The notes beneath the pieces were generated by a model. The model was not told where the DNA came from. It was given only the letters and a program-made list of their open reading frames with translations, and searched no databases. A stretch of 64,000 nt of DNA from Parcubacteria group bacterium (GTDB lineage: Bacteria; Patescibacteriota; Minisyncoccia; Minisyncoccales; UBA10102), in NCBI GenBank assembly GCA_016203945.1, contig JACQLT010000002.1, positions 73,585-137,584 of the forward strand, given 5' to 3'. Position 1 is the first letter of the stretch. Every line of letters starts with the position of its first letter. Shown piece after piece: positions 1 through 9,234 of the stretch. The position numbers and the translations under genes are program-made.

Positions 1-831
1 GTAAGAGCAAAAGATTATGTCAAAGAAGTTTTCTTTGAGGGGAAGCAGGGAGACGCTCTCCATATCCATCACAATGGGTTTTACATTGGGCAGATTTTTT
101 GCGGCAAGCACGGATACCGCATCCCGAGAAACATCGGAGGCGTACACAATCCCTTGGGGGCAAAGGCGCGACATGATTTCTGTTTGGGTGCCCGTTCCGC
201 AGCACAATTCAAGAATAACGGCGTTTGGCGCAAGCTCGAACTGCTTAAATATCCACTCGTGAAGATTTTGGGAAGAATATCGCGCGTTAGAGCTTAGGCG
301 TTCTTGCAAATCAGAAGCGCTCACCGCCTTTTCCAACACGTCCTCGCTTAACTGCCCCGAAGATTGTTCCCTTTTCTCGTATGTCATAAGCATGCATTCA
401 TTGCCTTGAAACGTTGTCTTTCCTTTTGGCTGAAACCCGGCACGCTCAAAGGATTTTTGGGAAGCTATGTTCGATTCTTTAATATACGCACTGATGGTCT
501 CAATATCTGCACGCTCTTGAAACACGAGCGAGACCGCCTGCTGAATTGCCCCGGGCGCGTACCCTTTTCCCCGCCAAGAAGACATAAGCGCAATGTCTAT
601 TTCCCCTGCGTTCCCATGAAGATCAATGCGCACCTGACCGATCTTCTCTCCTTCTCTCTCTATCACGAAAAGGCAGGCGTTGGAATCTTGAAATTTTGAA
701 GCAAACCACGCCTTGTGAGTTGCGAGGTCAATTGGTTCTGTATTGAAATGAAGCTTCTTTGCAGAAGGATCATTGCGCAGTTCAAAATAGAACATAAGGT
801 CTTCAGGCGCTGCTCTGCGGAGTGAAACCAT
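1..831 (-). CDS. GNAT N-acetyltransferase fused to class I SAM-dependent methyltransferase (start at 831; C-terminus runs off window start)
   Basis: Hand translation of the reverse strand from ATG at 829-831 gives MVSLRRAAPEDLMFYFELRNDP...; GNAT motif IDIALMSSWRGKGYAPGAIQQAV; then MTase motif I VILELCCGTGTQTEIM. Not in the ORF track because there is no stop codon in the window. Confidence 0.6.
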   Translation of the reverse strand, partial: MVSLRRAAPEDLMFYFELRNDPSAKKLHFNTEPIDLATHKAWFASKFQDSNACLFVIEREGEKIGQVRIDLHGNAGEIDIALMSSWRGKGYAPGAIQQAVSLVFQERADIETISAYIKESNIASQKSFERAGFQPKGKTTFQGNECMLMTYEKREQSSGQLSEDVLEKAVSASDLQERLSSNARYSSQNLHEWIFKQFELAPNAVILELCCGTGTQTEIMSRLCPQGIVYASDVSRDAVSVLAAKNLPNVKPIVMDMESVSLLPLKENFFDIIFCSY

Positions 832-865
832 GCACGGATTATCCTAACAAAAAAGGGGGGCTTAT

Positions 866-1993
866 TCAAGCCCCCACGAGATCCAAGGTGAGAGGAGTTG
901 CCTCCTCAATATCTCTTGTGGCCCTCTTCCCCAGCACTCCGTCAAAGTGTTTGGGCAAAAGTCCTGCTCCTGGACGCGCCACCCGAATGTTTTCTAAGGT
1001 AAAAAGCTCTCCTTTTTTGACGGGTTTCTGCACCCATATTGAGGGCCGGAACTCCTTATTCGCCTCTTCAGCAGGAGAAGCAGGTCCATAGTGAACCTGA
1101 CCCATGGCTTTCTCCACCTGCTCTGAAGAAATGCTCAGCTCCGAGAGCACTGCTTCTCGCTCCCCTTTCTCTCCCCTTCTGATGAGCTCTACCATGTACT
1201 TGAACTCTTTTGGTTCTAGAGAGAATCTTGCGTCAGGCCCTCCCAAAGAGCGGTCCAATATAAAATGTTTCTCAAGGACAGAGGCGCCTGCCGCCACCGC
1301 AGCTACTACTGGAATTTCAATGCCGGCATTATTATCCGAAAACCCTCCGATAACCCCAAACCGCTGACTCACATCCGTAATCACCCGCAAGTTCGCATGC
1401 TCCCACGAGGGCTTGTCCGAATATGTCGTGATGCAATGAAGCGCAACAATATCCTGACAGCCGTTGCTCCGCAGGGTGCGTAAGGCTTCATCCACTTCTT
1501 CAAGTGAAGCAAAGCCGATGGATATAATCGCCGGCTTCCCGGTTTTGGCAACTTTTTGCAGTAGCGGAATGTGCACTGCCTCATACGCACCTATTTTGTA
1601 GCACGGAGGTTGAACCTCTTTCTCCAGAAAATCTACTGCGCTTTCAAAAAAGGGCGTGGAGAAAAGAACAATGCCGAGTTCGTCTGCCAGCTTCTTGAGT
1701 TTTGGCTGCCATTCCCAGGGAGTATATGCGGTCTGGTAGAGCTCCCACAAACTTCTGTCAACCCATGCTTCGGGCCGGTCCCCTTCAGCTTTCACCACAA
1801 ACCACTTTTTGCGTGAGTTCAAAGTAATTTCTGGCGTGTAGGTCTGCAGTTTTACCGCGTCAGCTCCAGCTTTCTTTGCCTGCTTTATCAGTTCTACTGC
1901 TTCTTCGTACTTTTGATGATGATTCCCTGACAACTCCGCCACAATAAAACAGGGTTGACCCTCTCCTACCATTTTTTTTCCTATACGTATCAT
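866..1993 (-). CDS. pseI: NeuB-family nonulosonic acid synthase with C-terminal SAF domain, closest to pseudaminic acid synthase PseI
   Basis: FIVAELSGNH and KKAGADAVKLQTYTPEITLNS motifs closely parallel PseI/NeuB; TIM-barrel plus SAF tail. Confidence 0.75.
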   Translation of the reverse strand: MIRIGKKMVGEGQPCFIVAELSGNHHQKYEEAVELIKQAKKAGADAVKLQTYTPEITLNSRKKWFVVKAEGDRPEAWVDRSLWELYQTAYTPWEWQPKLKKLADELGIVLFSTPFFESAVDFLEKEVQPPCYKIGAYEAVHIPLLQKVAKTGKPAIISIGFASLEEVDEALRTLRSNGCQDIVALHCITTYSDKPSWEHANLRVITDVSQRFGVIGGFSDNNAGIEIPVVAAVAAGASVLEKHFILDRSLGGPDARFSLEPKEFKYMVELIRRGEKGEREAVLSELSISSEQVEKAMGQVHYGPASPAEEANKEFRPSIWVQKPVKKGELFTLENIRVARPGAGLLPKHFDGVLGKRATRDIEEATPLTLDLVGA

Positions 1994-1998
1994 AAGCT

Positions 1999-2748
1999 CT
2001 ACAATTTTCGTATTTCAGCGAGAATCGCAAAATGGTCGCTTACCCCGTCTTGTAAACGTACATTGGAAGCTTCGTACTGGGGGGTAGTGAAAAGACCGTC
2101 TATCATCAATGACCTGCCACGCAGCTTTTCTCCTAACCGATGCAAATTGACATCAATACTTGTCGTATAGTGAGAAGGGATATTATCTTTATAGCACTTC
2201 GCCAGCTCAGCGAAAATCTCTTCTCCTCTGGGCGCGTTGAAATCTCCGCAAAACACCATATCCGGAAAATCCTGCAGGGTCTTCAAAAGCCCTGCCACAT
2301 GCGTTCTTTGAACATCATCTACTTTCCCGTCTGGCGTCCAGGTGAAATGAGTTGTCCCAATAGTAAAGCCCTTCCCATCCTTCTGAAGCGCTGCAGAAAG
2401 CACAAGATGATAATACGACTGATGGTTTCCGTCGAACATAAGATTCCGCACTGACTCTTCGTCTCCGTGGTAGTATGATTTTCTAAGATTGCTCATAGGC
2501 AAACGAGAGAGTAGGGCGATGCCAAAGGGAAGAAAAAGGGGTTCCAGTTTGTTATCCCTGCCCATAAGCACCATCTGCCCAAAGGCGCTCTCCATGCCGA
2601 GTTCCTCTGCGAACTTTTGCAGATCATGTTCATATATCTCCTGAAGGCAGACCACATCGGGTTTTTCTTTTTGCAAAAAAGCCAAAACTCTATCCAGATG
2701 TTTTGTCCCTTCAATGTTAACGCACGCAAGAGAAAGAAAATTACTCAT
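1999..2748 (-). CDS. endonuclease/exonuclease/phosphatase (EEP) family protein
   Basis: EEP-like motifs incl. C-terminal SDHFAI; start chosen at MSNFLS (ATGA overlap with upstream gene). Confidence 0.55.
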   Translation of the reverse strand: MSNFLSLACVNIEGTKHLDRVLAFLQKEKPDVVCLQEIYEHDLQKFAEELGMESAFGQMVLMGRDNKLEPLFLPFGIALLSRLPMSNLRKSYYHGDEESVRNLMFDGNHQSYYHLVLSAALQKDGKGFTIGTTHFTWTPDGKVDDVQRTHVAGLLKTLQDFPDMVFCGDFNAPRGEEIFAELAKCYKDNIPSHYTTSIDVNLHRLGEKLRGRSLMIDGLFTTPQYEASNVRLQDGVSDHFAILAEIRKL

Positions 2749-3545
2749 AGAGGTTTTTTTGCGCGAAAAGAAGTAGCGGCCCACGGAGTTTGTTCAATGT
2801 CCACAAGCCCGCATTTCTCAAACCACGCTTGTACCTCGGCAGTAGTATAGGCCCTTTGATGAAAGGGCGTGAGGCTGTCAAACGTATCGTGAGCAGACCA
2901 TTGAAAGTCGGGCAGCGCAACAAAAGGAAATATTGCCCGCACTGCTTTTCCTAAAAAAGGGATGCGTGCGACAGGGAGAAAGAGCGAGACTACGGCGTAA
3001 GAGTACCACAGCGGCAGTGTATATCCAAAGAGTGGGCGGAGCAGTCGAAACATAGTGCGATAGAGACGCAAGGTCGGAAAATCATAGTATCCTCCTTTTT
3101 TGTAGACCGAAACCGCAACCCAGCCGCCGGGTTTTACCGTCCTCACCATTTCCTGAAATCCCCGGAAGGGATCTTTCGTGTGATGAAGAACGCCGATGGA
3201 AAAGGCTCCGTCCAAAGAATTTGATTCGATGGGAGCTTGCAGCACGTCTCCTTGATACAGCACCACATGAGGATCGTTCTTAAAATGCTGCTTTGCGATC
3301 TCTAACGCTGCCTCATCTGCCTCAATGCCAACGACCCTGCCGTTTTTCATGCGCACCACCTCCAAAAATCTCCCGGGTCCGCATCCAAAGTCGCCGATCG
3401 TCATCCCCTCCAAGGAGCCCTTCTTTCCTGTTATCTGCTCCCACATGCGAAGGGTATAGCCCTCCAGGAGCTTTCCCTTGTTCTCGCTTTCAAACTGAAG
3501 TTTTTTCCAGTGTTTCCACTGATAATTGAAAGAAGATGTATTCAT
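2745..3545 (-). CDS. class I SAM-dependent methyltransferase
   Basis: Motif I DFGCGPGRF, Methyltransf_11-like layout. Confidence 0.7.
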   Translation of the reverse strand: MNTSSFNYQWKHWKKLQFESENKGKLLEGYTLRMWEQITGKKGSLEGMTIGDFGCGPGRFLEVVRMKNGRVVGIEADEAALEIAKQHFKNDPHVVLYQGDVLQAPIESNSLDGAFSIGVLHHTKDPFRGFQEMVRTVKPGGWVAVSVYKKGGYYDFPTLRLYRTMFRLLRPLFGYTLPLWYSYAVVSLFLPVARIPFLGKAVRAIFPFVALPDFQWSAHDTFDSLTPFHQRAYTTAEVQAWFEKCGLVDIEQTPWAATSFRAKKPL

Positions 3546-3556
3546 AGTTCAAAATT

Positions 3557-4486
3557 TTACGAGCACCTCAAAACGCACTCAAGAAAGTTCGCCTGTTTGG
3601 GAAAATCGCAAGCCCAAACAGATTTCCCTGTTTTCTGCCATTGGCGCATGATATAGCTTATTCTTGAAAAGATTTCTGCAAGAAATCCGAGGCGAAGCTG
3701 GGCAAAAGAAATATCGTGCGCTCCATAGAACTTGGCAAAGCGCATAACACGCTCTTTGATTGCGTGAGGAGAAAGCTTTTTTGCGTCAAACAGAGAAAAT
3801 CGGAATGCGGCAAAAGCAAGCTCGCAGAGCGCATCTCCCCGATGCATTCCTCCAAAATCTAATATAAGAGCAACCGTATTTCCCGCAAAAAACACATTTC
3901 CCGGCTGCAGATCTCCATGAATGAGCTGGGGCCGAGCGAGTACGCGCTTTCGTTTTGCAAGCAAGGTAGAGGCCTCTAAAAGCGCAGAGAAATAAGCGGC
4001 CCACTCTTTTCTGCGAGAGAATTTTTTCTCCATTCTTTTGAGTTCACGCGGTGAGAGCATGTTATACAAACGAGCGTTCATCCTCTGCGCAGGATACGGA
4101 ACAGGGCAGCGTAAGAGCGCTTCGTGGAGACGGGCAAGTTCTCTTGCGAAAGAACGCATTTCTTTTGAGTTTCCAGAAAAGAATTTTCCTTTGGAGAAAA
4201 CAAAGAGCAAGAACCCTCCCCTTCCTGCAAATGCGCCTTTTGCCGTAGGAAGAACCTCCGGCACCTTAGCCCCCTTTCTCTTGCAAAAAGCAAGAACCCG
4301 CGCCTCAAGCTCCAGACGCTTTCGGGGAATGATCGTATCTTTTTTAAGCACGTATTTCCTCCCGCCTGCTCCTATGAGATAGTTGGCGCTGTTGATGTTT
4401 GCCCCCGGGAGCTTCCGACAAATCGAAACCCTGCCCAGGGCAGGATACTCCTGCTCAACGTATTTTTTCACTCCAGCATTTCCCAT
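3557..4486 (-). CDS. aminoglycoside phosphotransferase/choline-kinase family (APH-fold) kinase
   Basis: Brenner motif LIHGDLQPGNVFF and ILDFGGMHRGD (catalytic/Mg-binding loop) typical of APH/ChoK fold. Confidence 0.6.
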   Translation of the reverse strand: MGNAGVKKYVEQEYPALGRVSICRKLPGANINSANYLIGAGGRKYVLKKDTIIPRKRLELEARVLAFCKRKGAKVPEVLPTAKGAFAGRGGFLLFVFSKGKFFSGNSKEMRSFARELARLHEALLRCPVPYPAQRMNARLYNMLSPRELKRMEKKFSRRKEWAAYFSALLEASTLLAKRKRVLARPQLIHGDLQPGNVFFAGNTVALILDFGGMHRGDALCELAFAAFRFSLFDAKKLSPHAIKERVMRFAKFYGAHDISFAQLRLGFLAEIFSRISYIMRQWQKTGKSVWACDFPKQANFLECVLRCS

Positions 4487-5517
4487 TGGAGAAAAGTTCC
4501 TGCGGGAATATCTTGCGCCGCTTTCTTTCCCAGAACTTCGTGGCCCTGGGCAACAGAAATACCGGCATTTCCGGGGCGGCGAAAGTCAAGCATCTCAAGC
4601 GTAATGTTTTCGCCCTGGGCAATGTTGCGGTTGGCTACAAAGCTTCTCCGCGCATTCTCCTCCACCCGCGAAGAGGAAAGAATGTCAGCCGACCCCATAG
4701 CTTTTTCTACTCTCCGCACATTGTCAACGAACTGCTTGAGCTCGTGGGGCTCCAAAGACATAAAATGTTCCACTCTTTCGGTTGCCCGGTCGGGAGAAAG
4801 AGTTTTCTCCAACATATTAGCTCCCAGGGCCACCGCCGCATAGTTCATAAGGTCTCCAAGAGAATGATCGGCAAAGCCTACGGGAAACCCAGTCATTTCC
4901 TTGATGGCGGGGATCGCGCGAAGATGCACGGTGTCGTCGAGAGCGGGATACCCCGCAGGGCAGTGCATGATGATCACCTCCTCGTTTCCTGCCTTTTTGC
5001 AAATCTCCACTCCCCTTCTTACATCTTCAAATTTTTCTCTTCCGTCAAGAATCACGGGGAGACCGGTCTTTGCCATTGCTTCAATTAATAACGCATTGTT
5101 CACGTCTCCTTTACTTACCTTGAGCGCATCCACTCCAAGATCTCGCATGCGTGCCACCGTGTCAAAAAAATAGGCAGAAGCGATAAAAAGGAGCCCATTC
5201 TCGTGGGCAAAAGAAGCTAAGGCCTTCCACTCTTCAAAATGGAGTTCCCTTCTTTTAAGGGCCTCTTGCACCGATTCCTTTTTTCTGCCCGTGGGAGTGC
5301 CGAACTCCACCTCAATATCCCTTCTACCTCCCATCATGCGCTCCGCTTCCCCGGGAAGAAACGTCTGGAACTTTACCGCGTCAGCTCCTGCTGCTGCCAC
5401 CGCGTCCAAGAGCGCTTTTGCTTCCGAAACTGTAGTGTAGGTAGCGCTGGGTTCAAAGGCAATAAGGCAGGGGTTGCCGTCTCCTACCAATGTATGGCCA
5501 ATGCTTACCTGTTTCAT
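4468..5517 (-). CDS. second NeuB-family synthase paralog (divergent), with SAF domain
   Basis: AAGADAVKFQTF, NeuB-like TIM barrel and C-terminal SAF (antifreeze-like) domain; clearly different subfamily from the gene at 866-1993. Confidence 0.75.
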   Translation of the reverse strand: MKQVSIGHTLVGDGNPCLIAFEPSATYTTVSEAKALLDAVAAAGADAVKFQTFLPGEAERMMGGRRDIEVEFGTPTGRKKESVQEALKRRELHFEEWKALASFAHENGLLFIASAYFFDTVARMRDLGVDALKVSKGDVNNALLIEAMAKTGLPVILDGREKFEDVRRGVEICKKAGNEEVIIMHCPAGYPALDDTVHLRAIPAIKEMTGFPVGFADHSLGDLMNYAAVALGANMLEKTLSPDRATERVEHFMSLEPHELKQFVDNVRRVEKAMGSADILSSSRVEENARRSFVANRNIAQGENITLEMLDFRRPGNAGISVAQGHEVLGKKAAQDIPAGTFLQWEMLE

Positions 5518-6227
5518 AAATAGAGGTTGTGTTGTTTGTTCATACGCATGAGCGAGGGCCGTGAGGATAAAAATCGCACGATATCCTGAAGAGAAAACTG
5601 CGGGTTGTTTTCGTAGAAATTCTCGTATATTTCTTTGATCACCTCAATATCTTCGGGATAATCAAGCGTGATGCGAATGTGAGCGAGGCTGGGCGTCCTG
5701 ACCATATCTTCCGCCTTGAGATCTGTATCTTCCAACAAAGGCGTTACAGGATTCTCTCCCTTCCCCTCTTTTTTAACCCATGCCCTCTCAAGGGCCGAAC
5801 TGGCAAAGATCTCAAAATCGAGGCCGTCGGGATACGATCGTATTCTCGCGTTGGTCAGAATATCACACCTCTTTTCCCTAAACAAGCGCATTCCTTCTGC
5901 AACGAGTTGAGGGTCAATAAGAGGGCAGTCGCCGGTCACGCGCACGATGGTATCCGGGCCAAACTCTCTGCCTGCTTGATAGAAACGATCCAAAAGATTG
6001 TCTTCGCTTCCGAAAAAACATGGGGTGCCGAGACGGTTAGCTTCTCTTGCAAGGATGTCATTCTTTTCTTGGGAGCCGGTTACGAGAATGATCTGACGGA
6101 TGCCCGGCACCCGCCGCAATCGTTCTATGATAAGCTCAAACACCGATTTGCCGCATATGCGCATCAAAACCTTGCCCGGCAGGCGAGTTGATCCGAGGCG
6201 CGCCTGAAGGAATATATCGGTATTCAT
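5514..6227 (-). CDS. acylneuraminate cytidylyltransferase family (CMP-nonulosonic acid synthetase, PseF/NeuA-like)
   Basis: N-terminal ARLGSTRLPGK motif of CMP-NeuAc/CMP-Kdo synthetase family; start set at MNTDIF (ATGA overlap); ORF track gives longer 5514-6299. Confidence 0.7.
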   Translation of the reverse strand: MNTDIFLQARLGSTRLPGKVLMRICGKSVFELIIERLRRVPGIRQIILVTGSQEKNDILAREANRLGTPCFFGSEDNLLDRFYQAGREFGPDTIVRVTGDCPLIDPQLVAEGMRLFREKRCDILTNARIRSYPDGLDFEIFASSALERAWVKKEGKGENPVTPLLEDTDLKAEDMVRTPSLAHIRITLDYPEDIEVIKEIYENFYENNPQFSLQDIVRFLSSRPSLMRMNKQHNLYL

Positions 6228-7174
6228 TGCAATATGAGTTTCAGTGTCTCTCTGCCGCGCTCCACCGTATTGAAGGTTTGGCGCCTCCGTCTGACGCATC
6301 CCAAAAAGTAGCGCATCTCCTCTCTCAGGGCGGTTTCGTGATCATGCTTGGTGCCTCGGAAAAGAATCTTTCGCCGCTCTTTTCTTCGCTCAACCCATTC
6401 TTTGCAGACCCTGTTATCCCAAGAATCCCATACGAGAGTCCCCTTTTCTCCTACGATACGAATTGTTTTTTCGCGCACCCGCTGAAGATAATCTGCGCGA
6501 ATGACGCCAAACACCTTATTGGCAAGCAGCGCGTGCACGCTGCCTACGTCCGGAACGTCAGTTGCTAGCGTACTCACCTTTGCCTGCAACACGTGCCTTT
6601 TGAGCACTTGGGGAAAGTTATTCAGCCACAGAAACAAGTCGGCGTCGTGGATATCATCAAGCAGTACTCCTCCTCCTAAATGCTTTTTGGCGGCATAGGT
6701 CGTGCGCAAATCCATCCCGGGGCGTTGATAGGGCAAGTATCTCCCGTAGGTAAACTCCATGAGCAATGGCCTGCCTACGCGCCCTTGCGCCAGGGCTTTG
6801 CGCATATATTGAACGGCAGGATGAAATCTGTAGTTGCACGCCACAAAGTTCACCAGGCCTTTCTGTTTGCACAAAAGAGAAAGTTTGCCGGTGCCGGCTA
6901 ACGTGTGAGAGAGCGGTTTTTCAATAAAAAGGTGGAGTCCTGCGAGCGCGCATAGTTGGGCCGTCTTTACATGTTCTGCCGTGGGGTTGGCAATCACCGC
7001 CACATCAAACTTTTGGAGCGCGCGCAGAGAAAACGAGGGCATTGCTTTTGTCCCTGCGAGGGCTGCTCTTCTCTTATCAGGATCGTATCCCCACACCTCT
7101 GCCGCCCCTAACTTGGAGAGATTGGCAAAGTGCCGACTACCGATAGAACCCAAACCAATGACAAGTATTTTCAT
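6224..7174 (-). CDS. Gfo/Idh/MocA family NAD(P)-dependent oxidoreductase
   Basis: N-terminal Rossmann MKILVIGLGSIGSRH, EKP motif (FIEKPLS). Confidence 0.7.
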   Translation of the reverse strand: MKILVIGLGSIGSRHFANLSKLGAAEVWGYDPDKRRAALAGTKAMPSFSLRALQKFDVAVIANPTAEHVKTAQLCALAGLHLFIEKPLSHTLAGTGKLSLLCKQKGLVNFVACNYRFHPAVQYMRKALAQGRVGRPLLMEFTYGRYLPYQRPGMDLRTTYAAKKHLGGGVLLDDIHDADLFLWLNNFPQVLKRHVLQAKVSTLATDVPDVGSVHALLANKVFGVIRADYLQRVREKTIRIVGEKGTLVWDSWDNRVCKEWVERRKERRKILFRGTKHDHETALREEMRYFLGCVRRRRQTFNTVERGRETLKLILQ

Positions 7175-8469
7175 ACTGCTCTCACGTTGTAATTGCCCTG
7201 GATGGGCTTCCCTCCGAGACCGGAGCGAAGGGTACGAAAACGCAAAGCGTCTTGCAACGCCCGAAACGTTTTATCGTACGCGTTGAGCACCATGCGCACT
7301 TCTTTTTCCCCGTGGCTGAAACTCATATTATGACTCCCTGTCCACAACACGCCTCTCTGGAGCATCTCTCGCTGAATGAAGCTCTTGATTTCCAAATCGG
7401 AAAAACCGGCAGCGGGCCGTATCGCAACAATGTGCCACGGAGGCAAACCCTTAAGCTCAATGAAATCATGCAGGCCATGTTTCTCAAGAAGCTCGTGCGT
7501 GCCCTCTTTCAACATGCGCCCTATGCGCCAGAGATGAGGGATGACGCGCTTCTTCTCTATTTCTTCAATAGTCGCTAAAGCAGCTGCTAACGAAAGGCAT
7601 TCTCCCCCGAATGTGAACGAAAAGAATATATCTTCCATATGCTTCATATGTTTCTCTTTGCCGACCACGACGGAAATCGGCATGCCGTTTGCCATGCTCT
7701 TGCCAAAGCAGGCAAGGTCTGGCACCACCCCAAAGTACTCCTCAGCTCCTCCCAGGGCAAACCGGAATCCGGTAACAATCTCGTCAAAAATGAGAAGCGC
7801 GCCCTCCTTATGCGCAAGTTTTTTCACGTCTTGGAGAAAATCTCCTCGCGGCTCCTCAACAGACATGGGTTCCATAATCACTCCGGCGACCTTCCCTTTA
7901 TAGCGCCTGAAAAGCGCGCGAAGCGACTTGATGTTGTTGTATTCAAACCGATGCACAAGGTTCTTGACGGCGTCGGGCACTCCCGCATTGCGCGGGTTCA
8001 GACCAATGTACCAATCCTGCCACCCATGATATCCGCACGCCAATATATGGTCTCTTTTTGTGATCGCCCGGGCCAAACGCACAGCTCCCGCAGTGGCGTC
8101 AGAACCATTCTTTCCAAAACGCACCATTTCAGCTGCCGGAATCAAGCGCGTGAGCTTTTCTGCAAGTTTGTATTCCAAGGGAGAGGCAAGAGAAAAAAGA
8201 ATGCCCTTCTTGAGTTGGGCCTTGATCGCCTTGTCCACCCTGGGATATTGGTAGCCAAGCACTATTGGCAAGAGCGCATTTACAAGGTCAAGATATTTGT
8301 TCCCGTCAACGTCCCACACGTAGGCTCCCTTGCCGCGCGTGATAAAAAGAGGGGCTTGCCCTTGAATGTACTGAAGATGACTCTTGCTAAAGGTCTGGGA
8401 GGCAAGAGGAATGGCTCTGCGAACCCTCTTGAAAAGAGAGCTACTCCTTGAGAACTTTCGCTTCCTCAT
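7171..8469 (-). CDS. class III aminotransferase, glutamate-1-semialdehyde 2,1-aminomutase-like
   Basis: GSA-AT-like PLP fold, lysine motif region FGKSMANGMPI; start probably internal Met (MRKRKF...), ORF track 7171-8547. Confidence 0.7.
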   Translation of the reverse strand: MRKRKFSRSSSLFKRVRRAIPLASQTFSKSHLQYIQGQAPLFITRGKGAYVWDVDGNKYLDLVNALLPIVLGYQYPRVDKAIKAQLKKGILFSLASPLEYKLAEKLTRLIPAAEMVRFGKNGSDATAGAVRLARAITKRDHILACGYHGWQDWYIGLNPRNAGVPDAVKNLVHRFEYNNIKSLRALFRRYKGKVAGVIMEPMSVEEPRGDFLQDVKKLAHKEGALLIFDEIVTGFRFALGGAEEYFGVVPDLACFGKSMANGMPISVVVGKEKHMKHMEDIFFSFTFGGECLSLAAALATIEEIEKKRVIPHLWRIGRMLKEGTHELLEKHGLHDFIELKGLPPWHIVAIRPAAGFSDLEIKSFIQREMLQRGVLWTGSHNMSFSHGEKEVRMVLNAYDKTFRALQDALRFRTLRSGLGGKPIQGNYNVRAV

Positions 8470-9145
8470 GGGGGGTTTGGGGCGCTTGCGTGGCGCGAGA
8501 GCTCTCCCGTAACGATTGCGTGTGTATGCCGCACTCGCCGCCCTCATTGGTGGTGCCTACCCAGCGGCCCGCTCTTTCTGGCTCATTTTCATCCTGCTCT
8601 TTTGCAGAGCATATTCTGCAAGAGAGAGAACGGTATCCCATGCCATAGAGAGAGCTTGCGGGCACTCCGAAAGCAGCGGTGTAGTGCCAGATGTCTTTTT
8701 CGGTAAAATCAAGAAGGGGATTTATCTTTACCAGCCCGTCCTTCTCTTCAACGTATTGAAAATCGGTGCGGGTGAACCCTTCATCCCGACGAATGGCAGA
8801 GAACCAGCAGTCAAGATTTGCGACAGCTTCCTTAAATTTTTCCACTTTGGCTTCCCTGCAACAGTGCTCAATGCCCAAAGCAGGATCGTTATGGAATACA
8901 TGTTCTTTGTAGTTAAGCTTCCAATCTCGCACTACCTTGTCTCGCAATGCAAGAGTTTCTGGAAACTCGGTGTCAGAGAGCACAGAGAATGCCATAACGT
9001 CTGGCTTGACCTGAATGGCCAAATGAGTCAGCACCATGCTGTCTTTTCCAAAAGAAAGCGCAATTCCATTGCGAGGGTAGCGATCGATATATTCTTGCAC
9101 GAGATCTTTTGCGTTTTGGATTTTTTTGAGAAAGGTGACGGGCAT
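8441..9145 (-). CDS. PAPS-reductase-family (CysH-like) PP-loop enzyme
   Basis: PP-loop SFGKDSMVLTHL near N-terminus and C-terminal ECGIH motif (ECGLH in CysH). Confidence 0.7.
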   Translation of the reverse strand: MPVTFLKKIQNAKDLVQEYIDRYPRNGIALSFGKDSMVLTHLAIQVKPDVMAFSVLSDTEFPETLALRDKVVRDWKLNYKEHVFHNDPALGIEHCCREAKVEKFKEAVANLDCWFSAIRRDEGFTRTDFQYVEEKDGLVKINPLLDFTEKDIWHYTAAFGVPASSLYGMGYRSLSCRICSAKEQDENEPERAGRWVGTTNEGGECGIHTQSLRESSRATQAPQTPHEEAKVLKE

Positions 9146-9234
9146 ATGTATGTATGGATTAGATGACTTATTTCCTGCTCTTCAGTATATCAAGGCGAAA
9201 AAGAAAAGGCAAGAATACCAGCTTTCATTTCTGT

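Noticed and set aside
3557-4486. Assigning the APH-fold kinase as an antibiotic resistance gene
   Set aside because: Context is a sugar biosynthesis operon; APH fold is shared with sugar/choline/Kdo kinases, so resistance function not supported.
8470-8547. Upstream start (8547) for the GSA-aminomutase-like gene
   Set aside because: Adds 26 Arg/Pro-rich residues and a 107-nt overlap with the CysH-like gene; internal Met at 8469 gives a family-typical N-terminus, though this remains uncertain.
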